Source: Psammoneis japonica
Lineage: Eukaryota
DNA: 64,000 bases
Assembly: GCA_008632985.1 (NCBI GenBank)
Contig: QPGO01000020.1
Coordinates: forward strand, 434,001 to 498,000
Direction of reading: 5' to 3'
Positions 23,816 through 37,098 of the stretch are shown in pieces (positions within the stretch are counted from its first letter, which is position 1; the number at the start of each line of letters is the position of its first letter). A program made the translations under genes and the position numbers. Below the pieces are notes generated by a model. The model was not told the origin of the DNA. It worked only from the letters and a program-made list of their open reading frames with translations, and ran no database searches.

Positions 23816-25499
23816 TAGGACTTAGTAATAATTTTGAAAGTACCAAGATCTCACGAATGTTCTACATACGAAGTGATAGTATCGATTATACAAAGATGCA
23901 CAAAAATGATAGTGTTTGAGAAAATTAGCAACGGTCACGACACAAACAAAATCTCTCGAAAGCTTGCTCTTCGTTCGCTCACAACTCGTTGTCTCGCACG
24001 ATGTGTTGTTGTTCGCCAAGCAACGATTGCCGCGATCGCCCAGGATGGCTCGCCCTTCTTGCGGATAATAGAGAGCTAGCTCTTGTTTGGTGTTCCACAA
24101 CTAGTCATGCTTGTTGACGTGTTGTCTCTAGGTGGCGTAGGTGTTGCCAGTTAAGTCCAGAGGTCGGGGCAAATCGAATGCGTCTCTCCGGCCTTGAGTC
24201 CATGTCACTCTCGTGTCTTTGAGCGCAGGAAGTTGCCTGTTCGCTTGACCCGTCAGGTCACGGCTGTTGAAATAGACAGCAGCGTTCGTCTGTGAAGCAG
24301 CAAAAGCTCGCCAAGCAGATCATGCCGTTGACGGAACGCGGGTTTGGGGTTCCGTCGTATCAGTGACATGATACGGTAAGTCTTCACTCGTAGGGAGTGT
24401 TGATTTAGAACGCGGTTGACTCGCAAGTTCTCTTGTTGTTGCCGTAGTACGTCCCCCCTTTTTCTTTTTTTTGGATGGTAATCCACCCGGAAAATAGGAG
24501 AAAGCTTGAGTGCCATCTCTTGGTGGTGCTCTTGAGGCAATATTACCCTACGCAACCGATTCAATTGCGACTTTTGAGAATGGTGTGCTTCAATTGCTTG
24601 AAACACCCCTTGAACCTTTACAATAGAAGTAGAAATACTAAAAGTATGATGTAGCAATCTTTCTTGCATGTAATTTATTCCGTACGTGTGTCAATGGACT
24701 ACGATGACAGTCGTAGCGCTTGAGATGTCGTTGCATATCTTGATTTCATCGTTTTTGTTTTTGTACCATGCTGCTCTCTTTTTTTAGATGGGTTCCTCGA
24801 TGGGGTATTTGTTACGGTATGCCCCAACACGATATGTGTACTGGACTGTTTCTGCCAGCGAGTTTTGCTGTGGTACTTCTCAAAACGCGGCAAGTTGCGA
24901 TACGATGAAGAACGGAGTCTATGTTGTGAACAATGATAAATCGAGTGATGCTGACATTATTTGTCATTGTAAGCTACAGTACTAATTGTTGTAGGTGTAG
25001 ACTACAATCCGGTGCCGACTACTCGCATGTTTCTGCTTGCTACGGCGGCAGCCTGCAATGTAGCAAGACCGGGAATGATGTGGAAGGAGTTACCAGACGA
25101 CATTCCTCGCCACGACTATTTCCCCCGATATGGTCCTCTGAGTATGCTCCTGTTAACGCGGAATTCGGTTCGAGCATAACGAACGAAGTTGATTTCCGCA
25201 CCTATGTTTTCTTTCTTGGACGTGCGTGACTAGTCGTCGGAATGCCAGGGCAAATCTACGGGGAAGCGAGCTGGAAGAAAGAAAAGGCCGCTCGTGTCGT
25301 CGGCTGGCAACAAAGAATACGGTAATAAGCCCCAGGTACGGTCTGCTTGGGCATAGCCCGAGAAAACAGCTAGTGAAAAGTAAAGAATACTGTAGGTAGC
25401 AGCCTATATGTCTTGTGGGAGCTCACACTACTTTGTCGATATGACAGTACTCTCTATAGTCAGCATTAGGCATGTCCTGCACCAACTTCTTGTGGAACG

Positions 25500-28400
25500 A
25501 TAATTAAGTTTCTTCTGAGTATCCCAGTGAGTGAGCGTGTCTGGGCTCTATTATCTCCTCGTCGATGCTTTCTATTTCTATTTTTCTGTCACCCAGCATC
25601 AAAACAAGACCCTTTAGCTGGGAAACATCCTGTCCGTAGCGCCTAAGTCTACCACAACCTTGACGGCGAGGAGTATTGTACAGGTCCACTGGGGCAAGCG
25701 CTCGCCGCCCCGCTCCCCCTTCAAAGACAGAATTGCATCAACCCCGGAATGGTTCTCTATTGCGTACGATAGGGTGGTAGTCAGAGAGCGTGTCCAACTC
25801 AATGCCTTCTCTCTTGCTTTTGCTGAAAGAGCGACCACATACATTTTGCAGCACCAATGCCATCAAAGAATTGCTCTGAGAACGACACGTGACACGGGAA
25901 AGATTCTATGACCACAGCAGTGGACATTCTTTGAGAGTTGAATCTCCAACTGACGCCTCGAGCGCTGTTCATTGTGATTACCCACGGTTTCCCCAAAAGT
26001 TGTTGCCACATGTTCGTGGAAGTATCAAAATAGTCTGCTAGAACGGATGTATTGACATGACACTCAAAGGTTACTCAAAGGTAACTTGGTGTGTGGATCT
26101 AGCCTATGAACAACGCCGCTCCTGACCTGAGCACCGGCCACAAAGTTCCTAGCTTTTGTTCTGAACAGGGCTTCATCCATACCTTGAAGATCATTGATGA
26201 AGGTTATCGTTGTTTCTGGCATGGTCAAACTTAGCGAAGCCGTAGTCTTTTGGGAACCGGGCGATGTCACCGAAGACAACACCGCCGCAGACTGCTGATT
26301 ATGCAATACCTTCCTGTCGCTCGAAGCTTCGATACCACCATTAGATTCAAGTTGTAGCGCCAGTCGTTCAATTCGTGATGCCTCTTGCTCGCTGATGTGG
26401 ACAACTTGCTCGTCTTCGGCTTCCGACCCGAGAGATTGTGAAAACCCGGAACAAATGGCTTTCGCGAGAGCTGGTTCTGCATTGAAAACACCATATTATA
26501 TATCGGCGACAAGGTGACGAGTTTGATGTCAACGTCAATAAAACTCCTTGCTCTTGACTTCGTCGAGACTACCAAATTCACCTTTGCGGGTTCCACAATT
26601 TGCAGCGGACTCTCTAGAAACCTTCCATGTGCACTGTATATCTCCATTCCTTCGCCATGCATTTCTACATCAGTGCTGAAAAGTCTGCCGCCTTCGATTT
26701 TAGACGCACGAGACATCTTGGCTTTCCATGCCCCCTGAAGGACGATCGCCTCCATTACCCGCCCCGTACAACCTGGAGTTGATAGAACCATAGATGCTCT
26801 TCTCACTGCATTGGACGAGTATCCAACATCAACCAGAACGACGCTGCAACTTCCGGTGGATATCGAAGTAGAAGTCGTTGAAACATCATCTTTGGATGGA
26901 CGAAGGACGTTTCCGCAGCCTCCCCATGCTCGTTGAAGTGAACCTCAATTTCTTTCTCGTCGTGCGAAGAGTTTTCTGACCCTGTGAGCTTGCCCTCTTC
27001 CGCAAGACTGCCACTGCTTGCAAGTGATACGAAGCCCAGCACGTCAGCCATTGCATCCGGAATGAACACAAGGCGTAGTGACCCAATGCGCAAAAAAGTT
27101 CGCTTGATTTGTTTCCTTTCTTCACAAATTCAAATCGAAATACATCATTTTCAACATCCTCTTCGCGATTGTCCACCCGGGATACAAGGGATCGGAAGTC
27201 CCTATCCACCGCCTTCAACCTTCGATCGTCGCAATCAAGGCATAGCAATTTCATGTCCACGAGCTTTGTTTCTTCGTCCGGTATCACAGAAAATGAAATG
27301 GACGTCTTCGCGGCAGCTCATCGCACAATGCGAGCGTCGATATCATCACCACAAAGCTCGAGCGACATGACGTCCACCAAGAAATATCTATTACAACAAC
27401 GCCAGCATGAGAAATGCCCTGCCTGAGATTTCCTTCGCGCAAGGTGCGACGCCTACTTCAGTTGATGAGCTAGACGCATCGCCAATTTCAATATAACGTT
27501 CCTCATTTTCATCGACGAGGCTTGTGCGGTCGCCACCACCACGCAGAAATGAATCACTTAGGCCAATGTTCAATTCAAGCGTATTCATCATCTGTTCACA
27601 CTGCGCCTTCGACATTAGAAATGAAGCTTGGGAAACAAACACATCGTCAGTTGTTGTGCTGTCCCTTCGCCAATTGGTGGAAGTTCCACGTCGATAGAAA
27701 TTGCGGTCGGCGTTTCTCCCTTCCAGCGTTATCTTGCAGCGACAGCTCTGAAAGCCAGAGACTTGCTGTTGAAAGAGCACCCGAACCAGGAGGAGAATGG
27801 TACCGTACGTTGAGGTCTCCAGCGTGGAGGGTAAGGTGTTCTGGAGAGTAAGCGGCTTGCGGTATAATAAGGTCGGCGCCGATGGCTCTTATGGCAGAAA
27901 TTATCTCCCCCCCCCCACTTACAGAACTAGCAATCTCAATCGCAGCATCTTTTACGGATGAAGCAGCTTCCGCAAAAAGCGCGCTCAAAATGACTTCCGT
28001 AATATATTCAACCAGCGTCAATACCTGCGAATGTATAGACGGGTGATAGGTTGATCTTCGCGCAAGCGTCGCAGGTATCGACACCCTCGTCCTGAAGTGA
28101 TAATGATAGGATTGCTTGACGCCCTATGCTGTATTGAACAGAGAGCAAACTACTCGTAGTTGACTGGTGCGGGGCGAGTCCAAGGAGAGTTTTGTACGAT
28201 TGCCGCGTTTTCCATTTAGCACTTCGAACATCCCCAAGCTCAAGCGAGGCCTTCGTATTGCTCTGCTCGTCGTTCTCTGAGGAATGAAAACTCACTTTTG
28301 TGTCAGACATTATATTGTCATCTCAAAAAGCGGTAGATCTTCTGTGGCAGAATTCAAGGATACTCGAAGTGCCTCAATGAGAGATTTCTCGTTGAGGCAA

Positions 28401-31030
28401 AGGTAATGGTGACTCAATCGCAGACAGCCGCGGCGACACCTCGGCGAGCGACAGGCGCTTCTGTGGCAGAGAGAATTTCGACCGTACCGCTCTCACTGCC
28501 TGGATTGCTTTTGGATTCCACTGAACATATAAACTCGAAAATGTAGCATCGACAAAATTAAGCGCCATGGTTTCATTCTCTTTCCGAAATTGTGTAATGT
28601 CAACAAATTCAGTACAGCCAGAGAAACTGTCATCAAAGGCACCAAGCTTCTCTAATTCCGCAAGAACATTGCACTCGTCGTTTTCCGCAAACGACGCTGC
28701 TGGTTTTGGGAGGTTTGAATGAGCCAACAGTCGCTGCTCCCATGGAAAGTCACTTGATAAACGGTCCAAAGTCCAAAACCATCCCGTTTTCAGGCGGCAA
28801 GAAGCACCTCGATCGCCCGTCGAAGACGCAGACGATGACACGGAAACCAGGTGCGCCTCTAAACCGCCCCCCGTCATAAGGGACGGCACATATTAATAGC
28901 AGGTGCAACACGATAGCGAAGTGCAGAACAATAAGGTCATAGAGACCACCTTCAAGTCCTGTGGTTTTCACTCATGGTTGTTGCTTTCGAAGTGTCTTGA
29001 AACCCAGCAGACGACCTCTTCAAGATAGAGCTCGTCACTGATGTTGATCTCGCATCCGTCATGTTCGACCTCATCGAGAATGGACATACCGCCCGCATCG
29101 ACGACAGTTTTAACACCTCTCTTTGCACTTATATCTTCTATAACATCTCGCCAAGTACTGAGCACAGGTACGGTCCTTTTGACCTGAGTTGGAGATATAC
29201 GAAGCGAATCCGTAGGTAGAACGCCACACGTACAGGTACGGGGCGCTCGTCATTGGGAGCTATTTCTAACCCCATTTTGAGATTGAGTGAGAGTGGCTCA
29301 ATTACAGCATCGGCCTGCTCTTCTTAAGGCAACTTAAGTTTTGTCATAGGGTCATCACAGTTCAACTGACCCGTTTTCCCTGTAACAAACATTAGATTAG
29401 ACACCACAAGTTCGCTATAATCCTTGAGAGGATCCGGTTTCGTAGTGCTTCGCTTCGCTTTACTTGAGAACCATTCCATAACACTTTGCGGCGGCTCAAT
29501 CTTGCCGTATTTTAAGCTGAAGTGCCCCAAATCGAAGACAAGCACATCGGTAGTCGGATCAACACAACTTTGTGGAAGGATGATGATGGGGGCGAAGACG
29601 TCGAAATCAACCATCCAGATAGTATTCTTCTTCGTTTTACTTTTCCAGGCATCTGCAAATGCAGTAGATAGCTGGTCCGACACTGCAGCACTTGCTGCCC
29701 TCGCGGCTGCGGCGGTTTCGTCAACAATGTCCACCGCCCCAGCCTCCATAGTATGCGACCCGGCGTCATAAAAGAGATCAACCGAACCACTCAAAGACTT
29801 TTCTAAGAGTGGGTTCTGCCGGAAGTGTTGCGACGCGGATACTGATACGGTTTTGGAAAGCGAGAAGAAGGCCTGTACATCCTTCAGAAATACCGATGAG
29901 GCCACCAACGAAAAAGCTGCCATGCGCAGAATCAATTGTTGAATGCACCAGTGGTTGAAGCCCCCTCCTTTTGTGACGAGTACCGCAAGCTACTTCGCAT
30001 GACAGTAGTAGGGAACAAGCTCAAGGTCTCATCCCACGTGTGATCAAGTCGATTTTTGAATGCACCCAGGGTAAACTTGATGTCGTCAAGCTTTAAATTT
30101 GTTGAGACTTCCGATTCAGAGGTTTGCTCGAGACTAAATGCTTCGAGCTCTTTCATTTCTTCTACTGTCAAGAATATTGGAGGATCTTCCTCGTCCGGTG
30201 ACACATCTTCGCCCTTTGAAGCCCCCCAAAACGACGGCAGATACGACTTTTTGGCGCCCTATTCTGAAACCTTTTTCGTCGACTCGTGTTTTTTCTTTTC
30301 TCGTTCGACTTGTGCATCAGTATAATGTTCCGCCGTGTCATTGCCTTCCAAAGAGACAACCCGAACTTGTTCTGTGGTTATCACGGTCTCCACTTCTTGT
30401 ATCGACAAAAGGCTTCAACCAAGGGCAAGTCTCATGATGAGCATGGCGCTTGTAATGCGACAGGGCCTCTATACTTGTTGCGTTTTTGAAAAGCTGTGTA
30501 AAACTCGACCCAAGAGCGCCTGCCAATGCACCGCACCGCATATCTCCACCATTCTTTGGCTGTTTCTTCGCTAACCCTATTTAAGGGACGATACTCTGGA
30601 AAAAGAGGTATGGCAAAGCTCTGAGAATGCCTTATGCCACCGCAATCTTGTTGCTCAACTCCAGCTGATTCCGCGACAGGAACATTGAGAGCTGTGAGAG
30701 CTCAGAAGACTGCAAATATCGGAAATCGATGCACTCGAGTTGATCGAATCAGAACCATCCGATTGTCGCCCTTCCGGGACAGACTTTGAGATTGAAAAAC
30801 TGTAGGTCTCATCATCAAGACATGCTCAAAGACATTGAATGCGCAGCACTTTGCAAAGGAACGACTTGACGACATTCTTGCTCGTTATCGTGCGGTCTAC
30901 AAAACTTCTGTTTCCATCCTTGTCGGTGGTAACGAGAGAAAGTGAAGACAAAACGACGCCAGCCGAGCATCCTGCACCTTTGACACATGCAGACTCTCCA
31001 AATAGCGATAGTGTACGGTAATAGTCCATG
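25500..31030 (-). pseudogene. VPS13: Internal fragment of a VPS13-family lipid transfer protein gene, heavily disrupted
   Basis: AKEWWRYAVRCIGRRSW (~30510-30560), VDFDVFAPIIILP..VLVFDLGHF (~29520-29620), YFDTSTNMWQQLLGKPW (~26000), YAIENHSG (~25750). No chorein N-terminus or C-terminal domains visible. Many stops and frameshifts. Confidence 0.8.
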
Positions 31031-31718
31031 TAAAAGGCGTCGAGTGAACGTAAGGAGGATAAAAAGGATCCGCAGAAGGATGTGTTGTCGACGATGTCAT
31101 TTTTGCTTGCAACTTCGTTGCGAAAGTTGCAGTGACGTTCTTATGCTCTTTTAGTTGCTGCTTTTCCGCTGACAACAGCAATATCACTCGCTTTACAGCA
31201 GATGAAACAAAGATGTGATTCAAACACAGTGCGATTGTCAAAAGATGGAACTCAAGTAAAGTATGTACAGCATGTTCAGGAGCGCGCTTTATGAGCAACG
31301 GGCTTGGATTCGACAGCGCGACGTAGAAATCTACGAAAGTTCTGTACTAGCGAAACCAAAATTGGCTTTTTTCTCGACGATTTTCATTCGATCGAGCGGA
31401 TTTTATTATATATATGCAATTAAATATATATTCATATACTTTAACGGTTAAGATCCTACCGTTAAGATTACTTATGAGAGTGAAACCATTGTCTTTTATC
31501 TGTTGGAAAAAGCTCGTAAAATTTTCAATCCGATCGAAGCTTTCGTCGATTGGAAACACGCGTAAAATGCATGAGTGGTGGTCTTCATTTTGTCAATGAC
31601 AAAATCAAAAAAATTCAAAACGGAAAAATCGAGCTCGTTGCGACCTCAGTCCCGCCTCACGCGCGAGGCAACCGTCGCTCGCAATGGTGATGGCAAACAA
31701 CAACCGTAGCCGTACTGT

Positions 31719-32330
31719 ATGGACGAATTCAAGAGACGCTTCAAAGAATACACTCCTGAACAACATCGAGCAGTGGCTGACAGGTATCTGGCCACAGCCG
31801 ACAAACATCGAGCCGCTGTTGGACAAGCAAAAACCTCTGCTGATCTGAAAAGAGCTCAGAGCAAAACTAATTATCACAACCGCCTTTCACGGATGCACAA
31901 GGAAGAAGCCAAGAGGAAGGCAACCCTGCAGCGACGACGGACTTTGCGTCACGTGAAGAGCGAACAAGAAGCCGCTATGCCCACGAACAATCCCACTTCA
32001 GCTTCTAAAGCCAATGTCAATGCGAGTGGCGGGGATGCCTTCAGCACTCCTTTTGTTGCCCGTAGCCGCAGCACAAACAATGATATACCGAGCACCGGAG
32101 CATCGCCCGCAGGAGTGCGAATGTCTTCTACGCCCATAAATGCTGCCGGAGTGGAACTTCTAATGAAGTCTCCTGTTGGCCAGAAATCCATGGCGCGTGG
32201 TTGCACTGATCCGAGATTGCAGTTCCAAGCCATGTTGCTCGAAAACTTGAATAAGCACGGGGCTCTCTTGGACAAAAAGGCCGAGAAACAGGCGGAACAG
32301 GAAGAGACTGCCAATCTCAGAAGCGTACGG
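31719..32330 (+). CDS. Orphan ORF (basic/coiled-coil), runs directly into the GH53 fragment
   Basis: ATG-initiated ORF of >200 codons with normal composition. From ~32330 the sequence reads as GH53 in another frame. Confidence 0.45.
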
Positions 32331-33422
32331 GATTCTCGATGCCGGTGGGAACTTCACCGACGGAGCCGGAGAGCCGGTCCACCCTTTAAAAATCATCCAA
32401 ACGAACGGATATGAGTGGGTGCGATTGCGCATCATGGTGGACCCCAATGGAGAATACGGACTCTTCCAAGATTTGAGTTATGTGTTGCGGATGGCACGTG
32501 ACGCGAAGAAGATATACGGCCTCAAGTCTCAAGTTCTTACTGGACTTTCACTACTCTCACTGGTGGGTCGATGGGAAGAATCAGTGGTCTCCCGATCGAT
32601 GGAGGACGGCCTACCACGGTAACGAAACCATCTCCATGGACGACCTCGTTCCAAAGGTGTACCAGTACACCCGCCGCGTTCTGGACGTTCTGGACCAAGA
32701 GAAGGCGCTGCCAGATGCGGTACAGATTGGAAATGAGATATCGCCGGGCATGTTGTCGCTGGAACAGCGCAGACCCTCCTGTTGAGTGGAAGAATCTTGT
32801 TCGGCTGCTCAAAGCCGGCACGCAGGCCGTGCAGCATGTCAGCCGCAAGCCACGGATCGTTATTCATCTAGATACAGGTGGCGATGCTGCTTTCACCGCC
32901 AAGTGGATGAAAACGTTCTTCAAGCTCGGGGGAAGCTGTGATGTTATCGGGCTCTCGTGGTACCCCATGTGGCATGGCACTGTAAAACATTTAATTGACA
33001 ATGTCAATTCACTTAGCAAACGCTTCCCAAGACAAGATGTGTGGCTCGTTGAAACGGCGTACTACCACGAAGGGTACTGCCCGGAGGATGACAAGGACTA
33101 CTTTAACGATGACAAGTACCACTTGAACTGCACGGAAAAGTTCCCCTTTCCCATGACTGAAATGGGTCAATCCGAGTTCTTGTCAAACCTCCGCGACGAG
33201 CTCCTGCGACGTACGCGTTGTCGTGCCATCTTTTACTGGGGCAGTCACTGGACGCAGCCAGACCTTTGGTTCCGTGGTGCCGACGACTGGGCTGAGGCAG
33301 AGCGCCGTTCCCTCTTTGACAATGGGCGTGCCCTGGCTGGCCTATCGACTCTTCCCGGCCATTGGCTGGGCAACATGTACACGCGGTGGCTAGACCCGTA
33401 CCTCCGGATTTTGGACAATTGA
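32330..33422 (+). pseudogene. GH53 endo-beta-1,4-galactanase, N-terminally truncated and frameshifted
   Basis: NGYEWVRLRIMVDP, FLLDFHYSHWW.D...Q..P..W, VYQYT, VQIGNEI..GML (acid/base), IVIHL, DVIGLSWYPMWHG, VWLVETAY (nucleophile). Frame changes at ~32385, ~32521-32534 and ~32757. No introns seen. Confidence 0.88.
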
Positions 33423-34028
33423 TAAACCTCAAAGAGTTGATACTTGGAGGTTGTCGGACTGGTGACGCTGTTCTGTTTTGCATTCGTGACCAGCACGTGT
33501 AGTGTATGATTTCACCCAAACGGGTGACAATCATTGAAGTATTTATATTCACAGATTAGGTATGCACCGGTAGGCTGAAATGCTTACCCTGTTTTGCATT
33601 TACGAGTATATATAACAAAAATTAAGCTACGGTCAAAACCGTCATTTGACAGCTTAGAGTCTGGTGCGACTCCATCGAGACACTACTGTGGTTTCACTTT
33701 ATAGCTTGAAGCTTTCGTGGATTTGGACTATCATATGTGATCTATCTACACAGTTCTGACACAATCAACGATATTGGAATACGTAAGACAATGCAGGCCG
33801 GCGCACATTTCCGTAGATACTGAAGACAAGCTGCCTTTCTTCTCTTTTACTTATAGTTCCAGTAGCTTGCCTAGTTTATTTTGTTCCGCGGTCAGCTGAT
33901 GTTTTGCATTTGGAGAAGAATCCGGATTCTTCTACAATCATCAGGTCCTTGTAAGACCCCAAAAAGCCAACCACAAAATTATCATCTTCATGTTTGAGTT
34001 CCCTTGCATACAAAACAGAAGCAACCAA

Positions 34029-35923
34029 TTACATTTCTCCCGAGATTGCCAACCAAACTCCAATTGCACCCAATATGAACCCACCAATCATAAGCACGAA
34101 CACGAGGTTTAGCTCGACAAGTTCCGACCTTGTCGGTGGCGAATCACGGCCATAGATGGCTGCCCGATACATATAGGCGGGAAAACAAACACAACAAACG
34201 GGACAAGTGTACCCCCTCCAACGGCATTGACAATCCCCAAGTCTGTGAAAAGCATGGCCAACACCGTCAAGATTGAAAGAAGAAAGACAGAGATAATGTT
34301 GATATTTGTCGACGTTTGCTTTGCCATGGGTACGTCCAACACATCGAGAATGCCGTCGCGGAATCCCATAAAGGTCAATGGGTACGTGAATATCAGTGAA
34401 AACGCAACGGCTACTCGGCAAAAGGTGGCAAGGTGGTCGTGCGTGGAGAGGTTGTTGAGAATGTATCCGTCGCAGTGCGACCCAAACGTCAAAAATCCAA
34501 ATGCAGTAATCAGGATGAAATTGAGCGAGGATAGGCCAAAGGCGTAACTCACAACCGAACCAAACCGTCTAATGGTGGCATTCTTTAGCCTAAAACAACA
34601 AACCGGGAGATACAGAAGGATTGGAAAGGCGTTGGTGGACATGCGATGAGACAGGCCTTCGTGTACATGCGTAGACGTTTGTTTCGTACTGTGTGACTTA
34701 CTCGGTATAAAACCTTGGGGCATTATAATGAGCTACAAATGCCTCGAATACCATGCACAAAAACACAAGGACGCGTGCACTCAAGGCGCCGCTCGCACCG
34801 GTATCACCAAACCTCGGTTTCATTTCATCACGAAGGCCCTGAAGTTTGAATGTAATTTACAGCAGATACCGAATTGTAAAGGAGTTTCAAAGATGACTGT
34901 GCAGGCACCGATTGCAGTCTCTTCTTACTGTACCTGTACGAACTTTCCATTTGTTGTAGTATCATAACTGCCGTCAAAGTAACGAACTCCCATGGCAGCT
35001 GCTGTCAAAAACATGCTTACCATTCCTGCGAGACTGAATGGCGGATAGCACCTTGAGATTCTTTAGTAGACAAAGAGGCAAAAGCGCCACAACCGTGACG
35101 AAAAACAGTGACTCGGCTCGAGTCACATGGACAAGCCCAATTGTATGGAAAAGCGATTTGAAGGTATCTGCGAGAATCATGCTCTGTGTGATAAAAGGCA
35201 AGCCATAGGGTTGAGTGAAGAGTAGCCGCCGCTTTCGAACACCTAGAACCATTTTGAAGTAGCTTACATATGCTAGATTACCCAAGGCTGGCTTGAGCAT
35301 GTTGACTGTAGCAACAATCGTTCCCCTGTTTCACCCATTGTCTCTTCCCATGCTTCACGGTAAGTGGCTGTGTAAGTTATTCGGCACGTTTTCCCCTAAG
35401 CAAAAAGCGCCGTGTTAGGAATGCACCGAAAAGACTCAAAAGATGCATGGAAAAACAACATACCAAGATGAGAAAGAAATATGCAAAAATTGCTCCATCA
35501 AGATGATGTGAACTGACGCCGGAATGATTGCTGATGGTGCGTCGGCAAATGCCGCCCTGTCCGAAAGAGTGTATCGCAAAACACAAGTCAGAGCAACGAT
35601 TCAAGTCGCCTACAATATCATAGTCTTTACACTTACACGCCGCTGGGGAGAGCTAGCACTCCGGATCCTACTAGATTCTTGACAAGGTTGAAAACCTGTT
35701 CACCAACTGTCGCCGTACCTCCAAAGTCACGCACGCTGCAGCTTCTTCCCGAGAAAGTAAGCGACTGATTGACCAGATTACGGATGGATTCTCCAAGACG
35801 CGAAGACCCCCGTCTTCGACGCTGCCCTCTTGAGCTCGTTGAGGTTTGGTAGGTGTTGTAGTAATGCAATGCAGGACGACCCGTGTCGGGGTCAGTCACA
35901 AGAGGCGTCGCTTCGTTTGACAT
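34029..35923 (-). CDS. Amino acid transporter (AAAP/SLC38, Aa_trans), multi-exon, with apparent frameshifts
   Basis: VFNLVKNLVGSGVLALPSGV, YREAWEETMG, SMILADTF, LLPLCLLKNL, FGFLTFG....GYILNN, FTYPL.F.G.RDG, DLGIVNAVGG. GT-AG introns, plus single-base indels in G/C runs. Confidence 0.85.
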
Positions 35924-36461
35924 GATTCTTGTTTGTCGCTCTTAAACGCTTTCCTTTCTCTTACTCGCTGTCGCAACCTTTTTCCCGACAATGATCAATA
36001 TCCAACGCGAGACTTACCATGGGAAAAAGACATCATACCCGTATGTGTTCGCTTTTTAGAACAGCTCCCAATTCTCGGTATCCTCGGCTTTGCACTTCCT
36101 GTACATCGCAATTTATTTCCATTTCCAACCCCCCTGACGCCTGCTGACGCTTGACGACTGTTTGGGCAGGCAAGCAGACGTCGGAGGGAGTTTCAACAAT
36201 TTCAAAATTCCAATACATGTATACATGAGCGGTAATGAACATGAACAACGGAACGGAATGGAAACCCGGATGTAATGACTTCCCGCGCCAACCTTCGACC
36301 CTGTTCTTGTCGGCACTAAATTTGCTCTGACAGCGAAGGACCAAGCTTCTTCGAACGACACTATGGACAACGGTCGAATCAAAAAGGAATGCTTGTTCTT
36401 CTCACAAAAAATCTTTCACTATTCTAAACTTTTCTATCAAGACCTACTTCACTAAACAAAA

Positions 36462-36856
36462 ATGTCGTTCACAGCCCTCCAAGGAGCAACTCTCATTGCC
36501 GCCCATGCCACCATGACACGGGTCTTGCTCAGTTTCACACTACGCACCTATCAGTTTTTGGAATGGGATCCGAACGCAAGAGTCGCATCAGTTCCAACTA
36601 TAACATTCAGCAGTTTCAAAAGGCGGTCAACAACGAATCCGAATACGCAGGACTCTTGACGGCGATTCTCCTCTTTCTTTCCCTTCAAGACGACCAAGCC
36701 TCAAAAGGAGCCACCCTTGCGGTTGTGGGTCAGATTGGATATGTGTGGAGTCGCACGGCGTTTGGATACCCTACATGGCCAACGATCGCCTTGGCGATAA
36801 TCCGCTATGGTGGACTTGCGCTTCTTGTCAATGACCTTTGGAATGCAGCGTTCTAG
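36462..36856 (+). CDS. MAPEG-like small membrane protein (one frameshift at ~36570-36590)
   Basis: Hydrophobic helices, FQKAVNNESEYAGLLTAILLFL (MAPEG N..EY pattern), GQIGYVW. Two overlapping ORFs join into ~130 aa. Confidence 0.6.
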
Positions 36857-37098
36857 ACGAGGAGTGCCCATACGTACTGGACTTAAAAATCAAGCTAGAA
36901 TAACCAATCAGGTACTGTAGCCCGCCTTTTATACATGGTTAATGCCTCTTCATTTTCTATTTACTGGTCCAATTGTTGTCATCGTTCTTAGCTTTAGCAA
37001 TGCTTCGTTTTGCTGTCCTCCTATTCTTGAAGAAATTCTTCACAAAATGTCCTCAGACACATGAAGCTTGCGGATGGGGTGTCAAGCACTGCGAAGAA

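Noticed and set aside
23760..23826. Helitron 3' end (CGCGCG hairpin then terminal CTRR)
   Set aside because: The hairpin is weak and no clear CTAG terminus is shared by both repeat copies.
24250..24900. Minus-strand basic ORF fragments
   Set aside because: Short, interrupted and with no recognisable family.
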